DNA of 60,217 bases, taken from assembly GCA_045641465.1 (NCBI GenBank), contig JAZUGW010000226.1, positions 1 through 60,217 on the forward strand, read 5' to 3'. Shown here in pieces: positions 34,339 through 44,455 of this stretch. Below the pieces are notes generated by a model, which saw only the letters and a program-made list of their open reading frames with translations, was not told where the DNA came from and did no database searches. Every line of letters starts with the position of its first letter. Positions within the stretch are counted from its first letter, which is position 1. The stretch comes from Kiritimatiellia bacterium (GTDB lineage: Bacteria; Verrucomicrobiota; Kiritimatiellia; RFP12; UBA1067). The position numbers and the translations under genes were made by a program.

Positions 34339-35772
34339 ATGTTGAACAAGGAGAAGTCGGGCAAAAGCGGCGAGGTGAACGGTCTGAAGACGACGCGGCG
34401 GAGTTTCCTCGGCATTTCACTTTCGACGGTTTCGCTTGCGGCGCTGCCGAAGAAGGCGAAGGCCGCTGATCCGACGGGCGCGAAGCGCTTCTATCGTGGA
34501 CAGTTCCACACCCACACCTATTGGAGCGATGGACGCGCCTTCCCCGAGCAGGCGATTCGCATTTATCAAGAACATGGCTACGACTTCCTGGGCATCAGCG
34601 ACCACAACCAGTATGATGTGGGCCGTAAGGTGAAGGGCCTTGGCGGCCGCGGAATTTCGCCGGCGATCTTCGAGGCCTACAAGTCGGAATTCCCCGACAT
34701 GGTCGAAACGGTGAAGACTCCGAAGGGGACGACGGCGGTTGTGCTGTCGCCGATTTCGAAATTGCGCAAGCGTTTCGAAAAGCCGGGCAAGTTCCTCCTT
34801 CTCGATGCCGTCGAAGCGACTTCGGGCGTTCTGAACAAGACGACGGGGATTGGCCATCAGGTGCACATGAACTACCTCAACGTGCCGGGGGTTCCGTCCT
34901 ATGTCAAGGCTTTCCCCGCCAACGAGACGGTGCGTGACCGCATCCGTAACACGGAAGCGTCCGTCGCGAAATTGGCGGCGGAACTGAAACGCGAGACGAT
35001 GTTCATCCTCAACCATCCGTTCTGGCAGTGGTACGACATCCTGCCCGAGGATCTCATCGCCCTACCGCAGGTGCGTTTCTTCGAACTCTCCAACGGTGGC
35101 AGCGGCTACAAGGCCCCGAATGGATTGCCGACGGACGGTTTTGACCAGGACCGCTTCTGGGACATTGTCAACGCCTTCCGCGCGCGGCGGGGACAGCCTC
35201 TGCTGCTGGGTGTGGGCAACGATGACACGCATTGCTACTTCGGTGAACCGGCGGTCAAGCTGCCGCGTTCCTGCATGCCGTTCGGCGCGTGGAACTACGT
35301 GCGTGCGGAGTCGCTGACTGCCGAGGCGCTTTTGAAGGCGATGAAGGCCGGCGACTTCGCCTGCTGCACCGGTTTCGAGCCGGAGGACTTTGCGTTCGAC
35401 AAGAAGACGGGCACGCTCACGGTGTCGGTTGCCGGACGCAAGGACAAGGTTCGCACGATCGAGTTCATCGTCACGAAGAAGGACTTCAGCGAAAAGCCGA
35501 TCAAGACGCTTGTCGTTCATCCGGCGGAGGTGTCGGATCCCGCGAAGGCGAAACGCTTCGAGCGCACCGTCAACCTCTACGACATGACCAAGATCGGTTG
35601 CGTGGTCAAAAAGGTTTCGGGCAAGATCGGCGGACCCGTCAAGGCCTCCTACACGATGGCGCCGGACGACCTCTACGTGCGCGCACGTGTCATCTCGCCG
35701 GAGCGTCCCGTCTGTTCCGACAATCTGCATCCGCTGGTGCAGACGTGCTGGACGCAGCCGTACCAGCGTTAA
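34339..35772 (+). CDS. Tat-exported PHP-domain metallohydrolase
   Basis: TRRSFL twin-arginine signal; RGQFHTHTYWSDG, GYDFLGISDHN, NHP, NDDTH and YVRARV. Confidence 0.82.
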   Translation: MLNKEKSGKSGEVNGLKTTRRSFLGISLSTVSLAALPKKAKAADPTGAKRFYRGQFHTHTYWSDGRAFPEQAIRIYQEHGYDFLGISDHNQYDVGRKVKGLGGRGISPAIFEAYKSEFPDMVETVKTPKGTTAVVLSPISKLRKRFEKPGKFLLLDAVEATSGVLNKTTGIGHQVHMNYLNVPGVPSYVKAFPANETVRDRIRNTEASVAKLAAELKRETMFILNHPFWQWYDILPEDLIALPQVRFFELSNGGSGYKAPNGLPTDGFDQDRFWDIVNAFRARRGQPLLLGVGNDDTHCYFGEPAVKLPRSCMPFGAWNYVRAESLTAEALLKAMKAGDFACCTGFEPEDFAFDKKTGTLTVSVAGRKDKVRTIEFIVTKKDFSEKPIKTLVVHPAEVSDPAKAKRFERTVNLYDMTKIGCVVKKVSGKIGGPVKASYTMAPDDLYVRARVISPERPVCSDNLHPLVQTCWTQPYQR

Positions 35773-35787
35773 AAAAGGGGAAGCGAA

Positions 35788-38616
35788 ATGAAAAGCGGCA
35801 TGAAAGTCGTGGCAGTGTCGGTGCTTTCGTGGATATCGCTGACGGCGATGGCGGCTGAAGTGTCGCTGGCGGATGCGCAGTGGCGGTTCGCCAAGGACCC
35901 CACGGGGAAGCTGCAGGCGGAGGCGCCGAACTTCGACGATTCGAAGTGGGAGCGGGTGCGGGTGCCGCACGACTGGGCGATTTCGGGTCCATTCAATCCC
36001 AAGGCGGAGAATGGCGGCAGCGGCAAGCTGCCGTGGAAGGGCGTGGGCTGGTACCGCCGCGAATTCCAGATCGACGCGGGCTTCAAGGGATGCGTCTTCC
36101 TGGACTTCGACGGCGTGATGGCGCGTCCCCAGGTGTACGTCAACGGCAAGCTCGCGGGCGGCTGGAACTACGGCTATGCGAGTTTCCGTGTGGACGCGAC
36201 CCCGTTCGTAACGGCGGGGCGCAACGTCCTTGCCGTACGGGCGGATACGACGGCACACCACTCGCGCTGGTATCCGGGCGCGGGCCTCTACCGCAAGGTG
36301 ACGATGCGTCTGGAGAACCGTACGCATTTCGCCTACAATTCGGTTGTGGTGCGTACGCCGCGGGTCGAACGCGACGAGGCCGACGTGACCGTGGGCTGGG
36401 AGACCGAGAACGCGCCGAAGGGCGCGCGCGTGGAAGTGGCGGTCGACGGCGCGGTGCAGGGTGCGGTGCGCGCCGATGCGGGCGTGCTGGCGTTCACGCT
36501 GAAGAATCCGCCGCGGTGGGACATCGATTCGCCCAATCTCCTGCGGGCGACCGTGCGCCTCCTTGACGCGAACGGTGCGGAACTTGCGCGCGAGCAGGTA
36601 CGCTTCGGCGTGCGTACGATCGCGTTTCCGGTTGCGGAAGATCCCAAGGACCGCGCGGGCAACGGATTCCATCTCAATGGACGGCGGGTGCAGCTTCACG
36701 GCGTCAATCTCCACTCCGACCTGGGGCTCTTGGGCATGGCGTTCGACAAGTCCGCCATGCGCCGCCAGCTTCGGTATATGAAGGAGATGGGCGTGAACGC
36801 CCTGCGCACGAGCCACAACATCCCCGCGCCCGAAGTGCTCGACCTCTGTGACGAGATGGGCATTGTGGTGTGGAACGAGGCGTTCGACAAGTGGCAGTGG
36901 ACGGCGGGCCGCCGTTCCGAGGAGAACCTCGAGCGCTACATTGGCGAGAACCTCATCCAGTTCGTGCGGCGCGACCGCAACCATCCGTGCGTCATCGTCT
37001 GGTCGATCTCCAACGAGATCGAACCCGGCAAGGATGGCGACGCGAACAATTCGGGCATGACCAAGGACCGCTGTTCGCTCTTCCGTACCATCATCCGGCG
37101 CGAAGACGCGACGCGTCCGGTCGGCAACGGCAACGTCTGGACCATCACGCGCCAGCCCAAGGCGCTCGCGATGGACATTTGGGACGATCTCGACATCACG
37201 GGCTGGAACTATCTCGCGTGCTACCGTACGCTGAAGGCGAAGTATCCCCGCAAGCCGGTCATCTACACGGAATCGGCTTCGGCGTACAGCTCTTACGGCT
37301 ACTACATGAACCCGCCGGCGCAGAACCGGCGCGACTACCCGAAGAATGACAGGCAGACCGACGCCTACGACCGCAACGGGAGTTTCGACCTCCCGGACGG
37401 CGAGTTTGCCTACATGGAGCAAGACGCCTACTGCTGCGGCGAATTCGTGTGGACGGGCATTGACTATCTCGGCGAACCGACGCCGTATTGGGAGGAAAGC
37501 CGGTCGTCCTACTTCGGCATTATGGACCTCTGCTGCGTGCCGAAGGACCGCTACTGGCTCTACCGTTCTTATTGGAATCCCTCGGCAGACACGCTTCATC
37601 TGCTGCCGCATTGGAACTGGCGCGGGCGCGAAGGACAGAAGGTGCCGGTGTACGTGTACACCAACGGCGACAGCGCGGAACTGTTCGTGAACGGCAAGTC
37701 GCAGGGGATGCGCCGCAAGGGCGAGCCGGCAAGCCCGAAGTTCGTCAACATGCTGGCGGGCGCGAAGGCGACGGCCTCCAGTGAGGAGCGCGAGGGCAGT
37801 ACCGGGGCACATCCCGCGAAGGACGCGATTGACGGCAACGGTAACTCCCGCTGGTGTGCGGAGGGTGCGAGCGTGCCGCAGTGGCTGCAGCTTGAACTGC
37901 CCGAGCCGCGCGCGTTCCGATGGGTGAGCGTCATCATGCAACGTGCCTGGAAGGACTATGGAGTTGCGCTTTCGCTTTCGGACGACGGCAAGGTCTGGCG
38001 GAAGGTGTTCGAGAAGAAACTCGACGAGGATCGGAAGATCGCCTTCGCCAAACCCGAGAAGGCGAAGTTCCTGCGGTTCGACATCACCGGCTCGAAGTCC
38101 GGCTATTGGGCGTCGGTGCGCGAGGTGCTGGCGGGCAACGAGCAGACGGAGCCCGAAGATCCCTGCTACGCGGTGTGCGACCGCTATCGTCTGCGCTGGC
38201 TCGATGTGGCGTATGAACCCGGCGAAGTGAAGGTGGTGGCGTACAAGGACGGCCAGAAGCTCGGTGAAAAGACGATGCGCACGGCGGAGAAGGCCGTGGC
38301 GCTCAAGGCCGTAGTCGAGCCGCACCTCACGGCGGACCCGAATGAACTGACCTGGGTCCAGATTGACGCGTTTGACGCGAAGGGGGTGCGCGACCCGCTC
38401 GCGAAGAACCGGGTGAAGTTCGCGCTGAAGGGTCCGGGCAAGATCCTCGGTGTGGGCAACGGCGACCCGACGGCGATGGAGGCGTTCACGAAGGTCGACA
38501 GCCATCCGATGTTCTTCGGCAAGGTGGTGGCCGTGGTCCGTCGTGAAGGTCCGGGCGAACTCGTGCTCGAAGTCTCGAGCGACGGTTTGAAGCCTGACAC
38601 CGTCCGCCTGCCCTGA
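35788..38616 (+). CDS. Glycoside hydrolase family 2 (beta-galactosidase-like) with an inserted F5/8 type C domain
   Basis: VPHDWAI, FDGVM, RWYPGAGLYR, GVNLH, RTSHN, RDRNHPCVIVWSISNE, WTGIDYLGEPTP; AIDGNGNSRW...QWLQLEL discoidin insert. Confidence 0.92.
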   Translation: MKSGMKVVAVSVLSWISLTAMAAEVSLADAQWRFAKDPTGKLQAEAPNFDDSKWERVRVPHDWAISGPFNPKAENGGSGKLPWKGVGWYRREFQIDAGFKGCVFLDFDGVMARPQVYVNGKLAGGWNYGYASFRVDATPFVTAGRNVLAVRADTTAHHSRWYPGAGLYRKVTMRLENRTHFAYNSVVVRTPRVERDEADVTVGWETENAPKGARVEVAVDGAVQGAVRADAGVLAFTLKNPPRWDIDSPNLLRATVRLLDANGAELAREQVRFGVRTIAFPVAEDPKDRAGNGFHLNGRRVQLHGVNLHSDLGLLGMAFDKSAMRRQLRYMKEMGVNALRTSHNIPAPEVLDLCDEMGIVVWNEAFDKWQWTAGRRSEENLERYIGENLIQFVRRDRNHPCVIVWSISNEIEPGKDGDANNSGMTKDRCSLFRTIIRREDATRPVGNGNVWTITRQPKALAMDIWDDLDITGWNYLACYRTLKAKYPRKPVIYTESASAYSSYGYYMNPPAQNRRDYPKNDRQTDAYDRNGSFDLPDGEFAYMEQDAYCCGEFVWTGIDYLGEPTPYWEESRSSYFGIMDLCCVPKDRYWLYRSYWNPSADTLHLLPHWNWRGREGQKVPVYVYTNGDSAELFVNGKSQGMRRKGEPASPKFVNMLAGAKATASSEEREGSTGAHPAKDAIDGNGNSRWCAEGASVPQWLQLELPEPRAFRWVSVIMQRAWKDYGVALSLSDDGKVWRKVFEKKLDEDRKIAFAKPEKAKFLRFDITGSKSGYWASVREVLAGNEQTEPEDPCYAVCDRYRLRWLDVAYEPGEVKVVAYKDGQKLGEKTMRTAEKAVALKAVVEPHLTADPNELTWVQIDAFDAKGVRDPLAKNRVKFALKGPGKILGVGNGDPTAMEAFTKVDSHPMFFGKVVAVVRREGPGELVLEVSSDGLKPDTVRLP

Positions 38617-38662
38617 TGCCTTCCTTTCGACGCTCTCGCGAGTGTCGGGTGCCCCCGGCGGA

Positions 38663-38694
38663 TCTTTACAATTTCTTTACAATCTCTTTGCAGA
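38663..38694 (+). promoter_or_regulatory. Three 11-bp-period direct repeats (OmpR/PhoB-type box)
   Basis: tctttacaat (38663), tctttacaat (38674) and tctttgcaga (38685) upstream of the vWA-HK-RR operon. Confidence 0.6.
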
Positions 38695-38781
38695 TCGATG
38701 ACAACTCTTTTTCCAGAATCGATTATACTTTCCCTCGTCAACGGCAAGGTGCCGATTGACAGAACGAAAGGATGATGTCAT

Positions 38782-40110
38782 ATGAAGAACATAAGGATCT
38801 GGAAGAAGAATCTGTTCGCGGCAGTGGTGGTCGCCATGGCGGGTGTGGTGTCGGCAGGCGTGACCTGTCGCGTCGAACCCGACTATGGCGTGCGCTTCGC
38901 GGACAAACCGGGTGAAGCGTATGTCAAGGTCTCGCTGGCGGCCGACAAGGTGGCGTCCAAGAACCGTCCGCAGGTCAATCTCGCCATCGTGCTTGACCGT
39001 TCGGGGTCGATGCACGGTGACCGTATCGTCAAGGCGCGCGAGGCTGCATGCGAGGCCATCCGCCGTCTCGATGCACGCGACATCGTGTCTGTTGTCGCTT
39101 ATGACAATCTCGCCGAAGTTGTCATTGCCGCTCAGCCGGCCGTGGAGAAAGAGGCGATGATCGCGAAAATCAGGGCCATCGAGGCGGGTGGAAGTACGGC
39201 GCTTTTTGCCGGTGTCGCAGCGGGCGCGGTGGAGTTGAAGAAGTATCGGGCCAAATGCGAAATCAATCGCGTGCTGCTCTTGTCGGACGGGCAGGCGAAC
39301 GTGGGTCCGTCGTCCGCAGAGGAACTCGGCCGTTACGGCGCGTTGCTCATGAAGGACGGTGTTGCGGTCTCGACAATCGGCCTCGGCATGGGGTATAACG
39401 AAGACCTGATGACGCGCCTCGCGCAGAAGTCCGACGGCAACAGCTACTTCGTGGAGAACAACGATGATCTGCCGCGCGTCTTTGCCCGGGAACTCGGCGA
39501 TGTCCTTGCCGTGGCCGCGACACGCGTCTCGCTCAAGGTGCGTTTCACGGCGGGCTTTACGCCCGTCCAGCTTGTAGGACGCGACGGCCGCATTGCCGAC
39601 GGTGTTGCGAGCATCGACTTGAATCAGCTCTACGGTGGACAGGAAAAGTATGTCATCGTGAAATGCGATGCGGCACCTGGCAAGGCCGGTACTAAGTTGA
39701 CCATCGCCCAGGCGCAGGTCTCGTATGTCGATCCGAAAAATGGTGGAGATCGTTCCGTGACGGCTTCGGGTGCCGTGTCGTTCTCGAACGATCCGACGGC
39801 CGTCACCGCGAGCGTGAACAAGAGCGTCGTGCGTGAACGTGTCCGCAACGAGAATGCGCTGCGCACGGAAGAGGCCATTCGACTCGCCGACCGCGGTGAG
39901 TTCGAGAAGGCGCGTGCGCTGAATATGCGCAACTCTTCGGCCGCACAAGACGCCCAGAGAATCATCGGCATTGACGCAGAACTCCAACAGGAGGCCACCA
40001 CGCAAGCTGTGTGGAGCGAACAGTTCAACCGCAGGTCGTTCGATTCCAAGGCACGCAAGGGAATGAAGACCAAGGGATTTTCCACTCTTAATCAGCAGCG
40101 GCTCGAGTGA
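38782..40110 (+). CDS. Secreted von Willebrand factor A domain protein (YfbK-like)
   Basis: Signal peptide; NLAIVLDRSGSM MIDAS, GGSTAL, LLSDGQANVG and GLGMGYNEDLM. Confidence 0.88.
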   Translation: MKNIRIWKKNLFAAVVVAMAGVVSAGVTCRVEPDYGVRFADKPGEAYVKVSLAADKVASKNRPQVNLAIVLDRSGSMHGDRIVKAREAACEAIRRLDARDIVSVVAYDNLAEVVIAAQPAVEKEAMIAKIRAIEAGGSTALFAGVAAGAVELKKYRAKCEINRVLLLSDGQANVGPSSAEELGRYGALLMKDGVAVSTIGLGMGYNEDLMTRLAQKSDGNSYFVENNDDLPRVFARELGDVLAVAATRVSLKVRFTAGFTPVQLVGRDGRIADGVASIDLNQLYGGQEKYVIVKCDAAPGKAGTKLTIAQAQVSYVDPKNGGDRSVTASGAVSFSNDPTAVTASVNKSVVRERVRNENALRTEEAIRLADRGEFEKARALNMRNSSAAQDAQRIIGIDAELQQEATTQAVWSEQFNRRSFDSKARKGMKTKGFSTLNQQRLE

Positions 40111-41654
40111 CACTTACCTCCAGATGTCGAATTCCGATCGCCTTGGGCCTTTTGGCCTTGCCCACGCTGATTTTCGCGTGGGTGGCGGTCGGTCTCGTCC
40201 GTCAGAATGCGAACTACCTTTCCGAACGGCTGGTGTCGGCTGATCGGGCGCTTGTTGAAGGCAAGGTGGCGAATCGTCTGGCCGGGTGTGTCGAATCGGC
40301 CAAGCGGCGCATTGAATCGGTGCTGGCGAGTCTGCCGGTCCGTCCGACGACCGAGGATCTGATTACCTGCGCCTCGCGTGAACCCTCCGTTCGGAATGTC
40401 TTCCGTTGGATTCCGGGTGTCGGCGTCGTCTATCCACGCGAGAAAGGGGCCACGCAGGAGGAACGCCGTTTCCTCTCGCGCTATGTCACGCTTTTTGACG
40501 AAGGGTTCCGCACGCCCGATTCAGCGACCTCGCAGATGCGTTTTTCAAAACGGAAGGTTTCGTCCGAGACAGGGCGTTTCACCTGGAAATCCTGGTTCGA
40601 GGGGGATCGTCTGTCGTACATCGGCTGGCGCAAGAACGATGATGGGTCCGTCTTGGGGGCCGAGCTTGAAATCGTCGCGGTCGAGGCCGAGTTCCCGGCC
40701 ATCCTTTCCGCAGAACCGTTTGACGGACTGGTCATGTGCCTGCGGACGGATGACGGCCGTGCTCTCTTCCAGACGGCCGCGATTCCGTCAGAACGCGCCG
40801 CATTCACGCTTTCGCTGGCACCGGCCTTGCCGCACCGCGAGCTGGCCGTCTGGCGTACACGTCCTGATGGCGCTTCGTATGACGACATCTGGCGGTTGAT
40901 TGCCGTCTCGGCCTTGCTCTTCACGTCTTTGGGGTTGGGCGTGGGATTGCTCTTTGTCGCGGCTGCGCGTGAAAGGCGCGAGTCGCTGCGCAAGACGTCG
41001 TTCGTGTCGAATGTTTCGCACGAACTGAAGACGCCGCTGACCTCGATCCGTCTGTCTGCGGAAATGCTCTTCGAGCGGCGGGTGACGACGCCGGAGGCGC
41101 AGGCCCGGTATTTGGACGTGATCGTACGCGAGTGCGCTCGGCTGTCGCGTCTTGTAGAGAATGTGCTCGACTTCAGTCGGCTTGAACAGAACCGTCGAAA
41201 GTACGTTCTGGAGGACTGCGAGATTGGCGCTGTCGTTGCGGAGGCGGCCGAGTCGCAGCGTACGCGCGTCGAAACTGCCGGGTTGGCGCTGGCGGTCAGG
41301 AGCGAATCGGTCGTGCGGCGCGTCGATCGCGATGCGCTCGGGCAGGTGGTGGTCAATCTCATCGACAATGCCGTGAAGTATGCGGCATCGGGCGGAACGC
41401 TTGATATCACCGTGCGTGCAGATGGCACGATCGCCGTCGAAGATCGCGGACCCGGCGTACCGCCACGCCACCGGAAGCGGCTCTTCGACCGTTTCTATCG
41501 TTGCGACAACACGCTGACGGCCCATGCGTCCGGCAGTGGCCTCGGGCTCAACATTGCGCGGCGGCTCATGCGCGAGATGGGCGGAGATCTCGTCTACCGT
41601 CCGCGCGAAGGCGGCGGTGCGTCGTTCGTGGTGACATTGGGAGGGAAGACATGA
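40107..41654 (+). CDS. Sensor histidine kinase
   Basis: Two TM segments; FVSNVSHELKTPLTSIR H-box, NLIDNAVKY, DRGPG and GSGLGL. Confidence 0.93.
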   Translation: MTLTSRCRIPIALGLLALPTLIFAWVAVGLVRQNANYLSERLVSADRALVEGKVANRLAGCVESAKRRIESVLASLPVRPTTEDLITCASREPSVRNVFRWIPGVGVVYPREKGATQEERRFLSRYVTLFDEGFRTPDSATSQMRFSKRKVSSETGRFTWKSWFEGDRLSYIGWRKNDDGSVLGAELEIVAVEAEFPAILSAEPFDGLVMCLRTDDGRALFQTAAIPSERAAFTLSLAPALPHRELAVWRTRPDGASYDDIWRLIAVSALLFTSLGLGVGLLFVAAARERRESLRKTSFVSNVSHELKTPLTSIRLSAEMLFERRVTTPEAQARYLDVIVRECARLSRLVENVLDFSRLEQNRRKYVLEDCEIGAVVAEAAESQRTRVETAGLALAVRSESVVRRVDRDALGQVVVNLIDNAVKYAASGGTLDITVRADGTIAVEDRGPGVPPRHRKRLFDRFYRCDNTLTAHASGSGLGLNIARRLMREMGGDLVYRPREGGGASFVVTLGGKT

Positions 41655-42352
41655 AACGCATTCTCGTTGCGGAAGATGATGGGGATATCCGGCTGATGGT
41701 GTGCGACTTGCTGAAGAGCGAGGGCTACGCGGTAGCTGCCGCTTCCGACGGAGCGGAAGCGCTTCGGCTTTGGAAAGCGGCAGAAGCGCCGTTCGATCTC
41801 CTGTTGCTGGATGTGATGATGCCGGGCATGAGCGGGTACGATGTGTGTCGGGCCGTTCGCGCGGAAGGGTGTCGGGCGGCTGTCGTCATGCTGTCCGCCA
41901 AAAGCGAGGAAATCGACAAGGTCGTTGGCCTCGAACTCGGTGCGGACGACTACGTCACCAAGCCCTTCGGCGTGCATGAGCTTCTGGCGCGCATCGCCGC
42001 CGTTTTGCGGCGCAGCGCACCGTCGGTCGTTGCAGAATCCTTTGAAGACGCCTTTTGCGGAACGGTATTGAGCGCCAAACGCTATCGACTCGAAAAAGGC
42101 GAAAAATACGAACCGCTCACCGATATCGAGATGAAGCTCGCGCAGGTGTTCGCCTCTCATGCGAATACTGTCCTCTCGCGCGACAGTCTGCTCAACGCGG
42201 TGTGGGGTATGAACTACACGGGAACGACGCGTACCCTTGACCAGCATGTGGCAAATCTCCGCCGGAAGGTCGAAAGGCTCGGGGGTGACCCGAGCGGACT
42301 GCAGGCCGTTCACGGGATCGGCTATCGTTACGGCAAGGATCCTGCGTTTTGA
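41651..42352 (+). CDS. OmpR-family response regulator
   Basis: ATG at 41651 overlapping the HK stop; ILVAEDD, DVMMPG, GADDYVTKPF, RTLDQHVANLRRK and HGIGYR. Confidence 0.93.
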   Translation: MKRILVAEDDGDIRLMVCDLLKSEGYAVAAASDGAEALRLWKAAEAPFDLLLLDVMMPGMSGYDVCRAVRAEGCRAAVVMLSAKSEEIDKVVGLELGADDYVTKPFGVHELLARIAAVLRRSAPSVVAESFEDAFCGTVLSAKRYRLEKGEKYEPLTDIEMKLAQVFASHANTVLSRDSLLNAVWGMNYTGTTRTLDQHVANLRRKVERLGGDPSGLQAVHGIGYRYGKDPAF

Positions 42353-42371
42353 AGATTACTGATTTTCGTTT

Positions 42372-42407
42372 CGGGCATAAAAACGGAAAAATCCATTTTT
42401 ATGCCCG
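42372..42407. promoter_or_regulatory. Inverted repeat (terminator or operator) between the RR and ATPase genes
   Basis: cgggcataaaaa ... tttttatgcccg. Confidence 0.5.
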
Positions 42408-42483
42408 TGGTGGGTTGACTGAGGGTGATGTGTTTAGTAAAATATTGTCAATAAATTTTAATTAGCGCGAATGGAGTTTGTTT

Positions 42484-43911
42484 ATGTTTGTAGGCAGAGA
42501 CGATTTACTTGAGCGATTAAACTCACTTTGGACGAAGACGGTGGCCTCGTTGGTCACCTGCCGGGGAAGACGGCGAATCGGCAAATCGACGTTGATTGCC
42601 GAATTCGCTCGGCGCAGTCGGGTGCGGTTTATCAAGCTTGAGGGATTGCAGCCGGATGTAAAGGTCGACAACAGAACGCAGTTGACGGGTTTCAGGCGGC
42701 AGCTCGTTGAGCAGACCGGATGTGATTGTCCGGTTTTGAACAACTGGTTTGAGGCATTTGCGGCGTTGGACAAAGTCATCAGCAGCCGTGTCAAGACCGT
42801 TGTGCTGTTGGATGAAATCTCCTGGATGGGGAAGTACGACCCGATGTTTGCGGCGGAACTTAAATATGCCTGGGACAATCGTTTTTCTCGGCATCCTCGG
42901 TTGGTGATGGTACTTTGTGGAAGTGTTTCGGCCTGGATTGACAAGGAGATAATCAAAGCGAAAGGTTTTGTCGGTCGGCCCTCGCTGAATTTGGTGGTGC
43001 CTGAACTTTCCCTAGATGCCTGTGTGAAATTTTGGGATCGTAGTAGGGTTTCGATGCGTGAGATCGTCGATGTTTTGTCTGTGACTGGTGGCGTACCAAA
43101 GTATTTGGAGAATGTAAATCCGCAACAGAGTGCGAACGAGAACATTCGCAATCTTTGTTATCGTCCTGGCGGTTTACTGGTGGATGAGTTCAATGAAATT
43201 TTCAATGATGCGTTGGATGCGAACTTGTCTGTCAAGCGGCAGATGTTGTGTGTGTTGGTCAATGGGGCTCGAACCGGACAGGAAATCGCCGACGAAGTCG
43301 GATTGTCGTACAATGGTCATGTCGTTGATGCGTTGAGCGAGTTAGAAGTATCGGGGTTTGTCGCGAAAGATAATGGTTTCAATCCAGTCACGGGAAAAAT
43401 GTCCAAGGTTTGTCGCTATCGACTTTCGGACAATTACACACGATTTTATTTGAAATATGTCGCTCCGAAACGTACGATGATCGACAAAGACGCCTATCGT
43501 TTCACATCGCTTGAGACATTGCCGGGCTGGAATGCGGTGATGGGCCTCCAGTTTGAATGTCTTGTTCTCAATAACTTACAGTTGGTGATGCGACAAGTGG
43601 GGATAGAAAGGACCCTGCTGGATTCTGCTGCGCCGTTCGTCTGCAAAGGGACAAAGAAGGGTGAAGGGTTCCAGGTGGATTTGCTGCTTAAATCTAGTCG
43701 GAGTCTCTATGTAGTTGAGATCAAACGAAAGTTGCGCATCGGCGAAGAAATCATGGATGAAGTCCAGTCGAAGATACGTAAGATGTCCGCCGCGCGGCAA
43801 TTTTCCGTATTCCCGATTCTCGTCTACGAAGGAGAGCTCTCTGCGCGTGTTCCCGCAGATGGTTTTTTCAAGGACATCATCGATGTCGCGAACTTTCGGG
43901 AGCGACCTTGA
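42484..43911 (+). CDS. AAA ATPase with wHTH and PD-(D/E)xK domain; paralog of 29735-31180
   Basis: MFVGR, LVTCRGRRRIGKS, VLLDEISWMG, CGSVSAWI, TGGVPKYL, GLQFE and QVDLL...VEIK, all shared with the first copy. Confidence 0.87.
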   Translation: MFVGRDDLLERLNSLWTKTVASLVTCRGRRRIGKSTLIAEFARRSRVRFIKLEGLQPDVKVDNRTQLTGFRRQLVEQTGCDCPVLNNWFEAFAALDKVISSRVKTVVLLDEISWMGKYDPMFAAELKYAWDNRFSRHPRLVMVLCGSVSAWIDKEIIKAKGFVGRPSLNLVVPELSLDACVKFWDRSRVSMREIVDVLSVTGGVPKYLENVNPQQSANENIRNLCYRPGGLLVDEFNEIFNDALDANLSVKRQMLCVLVNGARTGQEIADEVGLSYNGHVVDALSELEVSGFVAKDNGFNPVTGKMSKVCRYRLSDNYTRFYLKYVAPKRTMIDKDAYRFTSLETLPGWNAVMGLQFECLVLNNLQLVMRQVGIERTLLDSAAPFVCKGTKKGEGFQVDLLLKSSRSLYVVEIKRKLRIGEEIMDEVQSKIRKMSAARQFSVFPILVYEGELSARVPADGFFKDIIDVANFRERP

Positions 43912-43986
43912 TCGCATGCTGAAGATTTGATTGACTTGGTCGTATTACCAGGCGCTGATACGATCGCGTTCTTCTGGTAAAAAAGA

Positions 43987-44208
43987 ATGATCATTCCTGT
44001 TTCAGTTCTCGATTCGTACCGGGTTTGGGTCTGCCATGGATTCTTCCTGTTGCCGTCCATTGGTGTTCTGGTGTTGACGGTGGTGGGAGGGATCTGGCGA
44101 AAGTGGCCTTGGTGGATTGTCCTGGGAGCAGGTATCCTGGAACTGATCGTCCTGCCGTTGATACCGATGGTTCTCTACTTCCTTTCGTTCTTGATCGAAG
44201 GGGATTGA
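43987..44208 (+). CDS. Small two-TM membrane protein
   Basis: 73-aa hydrophobic ORF; no recognised family. Confidence 0.5.
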   Translation: MIIPVSVLDSYRVWVCHGFFLLPSIGVLVLTVVGGIWRKWPWWIVLGAGILELIVLPLIPMVLYFLSFLIEGD

Positions 44209-44455
44209 GAGTCGGTCGGCGGTGCGGTAGTATAGCTACGGGCGCATCTGAGTTTTTTCACCACCGAATACGCTGAAACCCGCTTCGCGGGACACGGAAG
44301 GCAGTTAGAAAAATCTCCCTTCGGGCCTGGCACTGGCAATCCTCATCACAAAAAAGAAAGTGCGACTTTCATATTTACAAAGTAGGATCAATGACGGGTG
44401 TCAGATTTCGGTTGGGTGATCGCCTATACACTTGTGACCCCACTAGGGGAGAAAG

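Noticed and set aside
35062-38505. Long antisense ORFs (also 228-2450, 50530-54867, 54429-57005 and others)
   Set aside because: Shadow ORFs typical of GC-rich DNA, lying opposite well-supported genes, with no recognisable motifs
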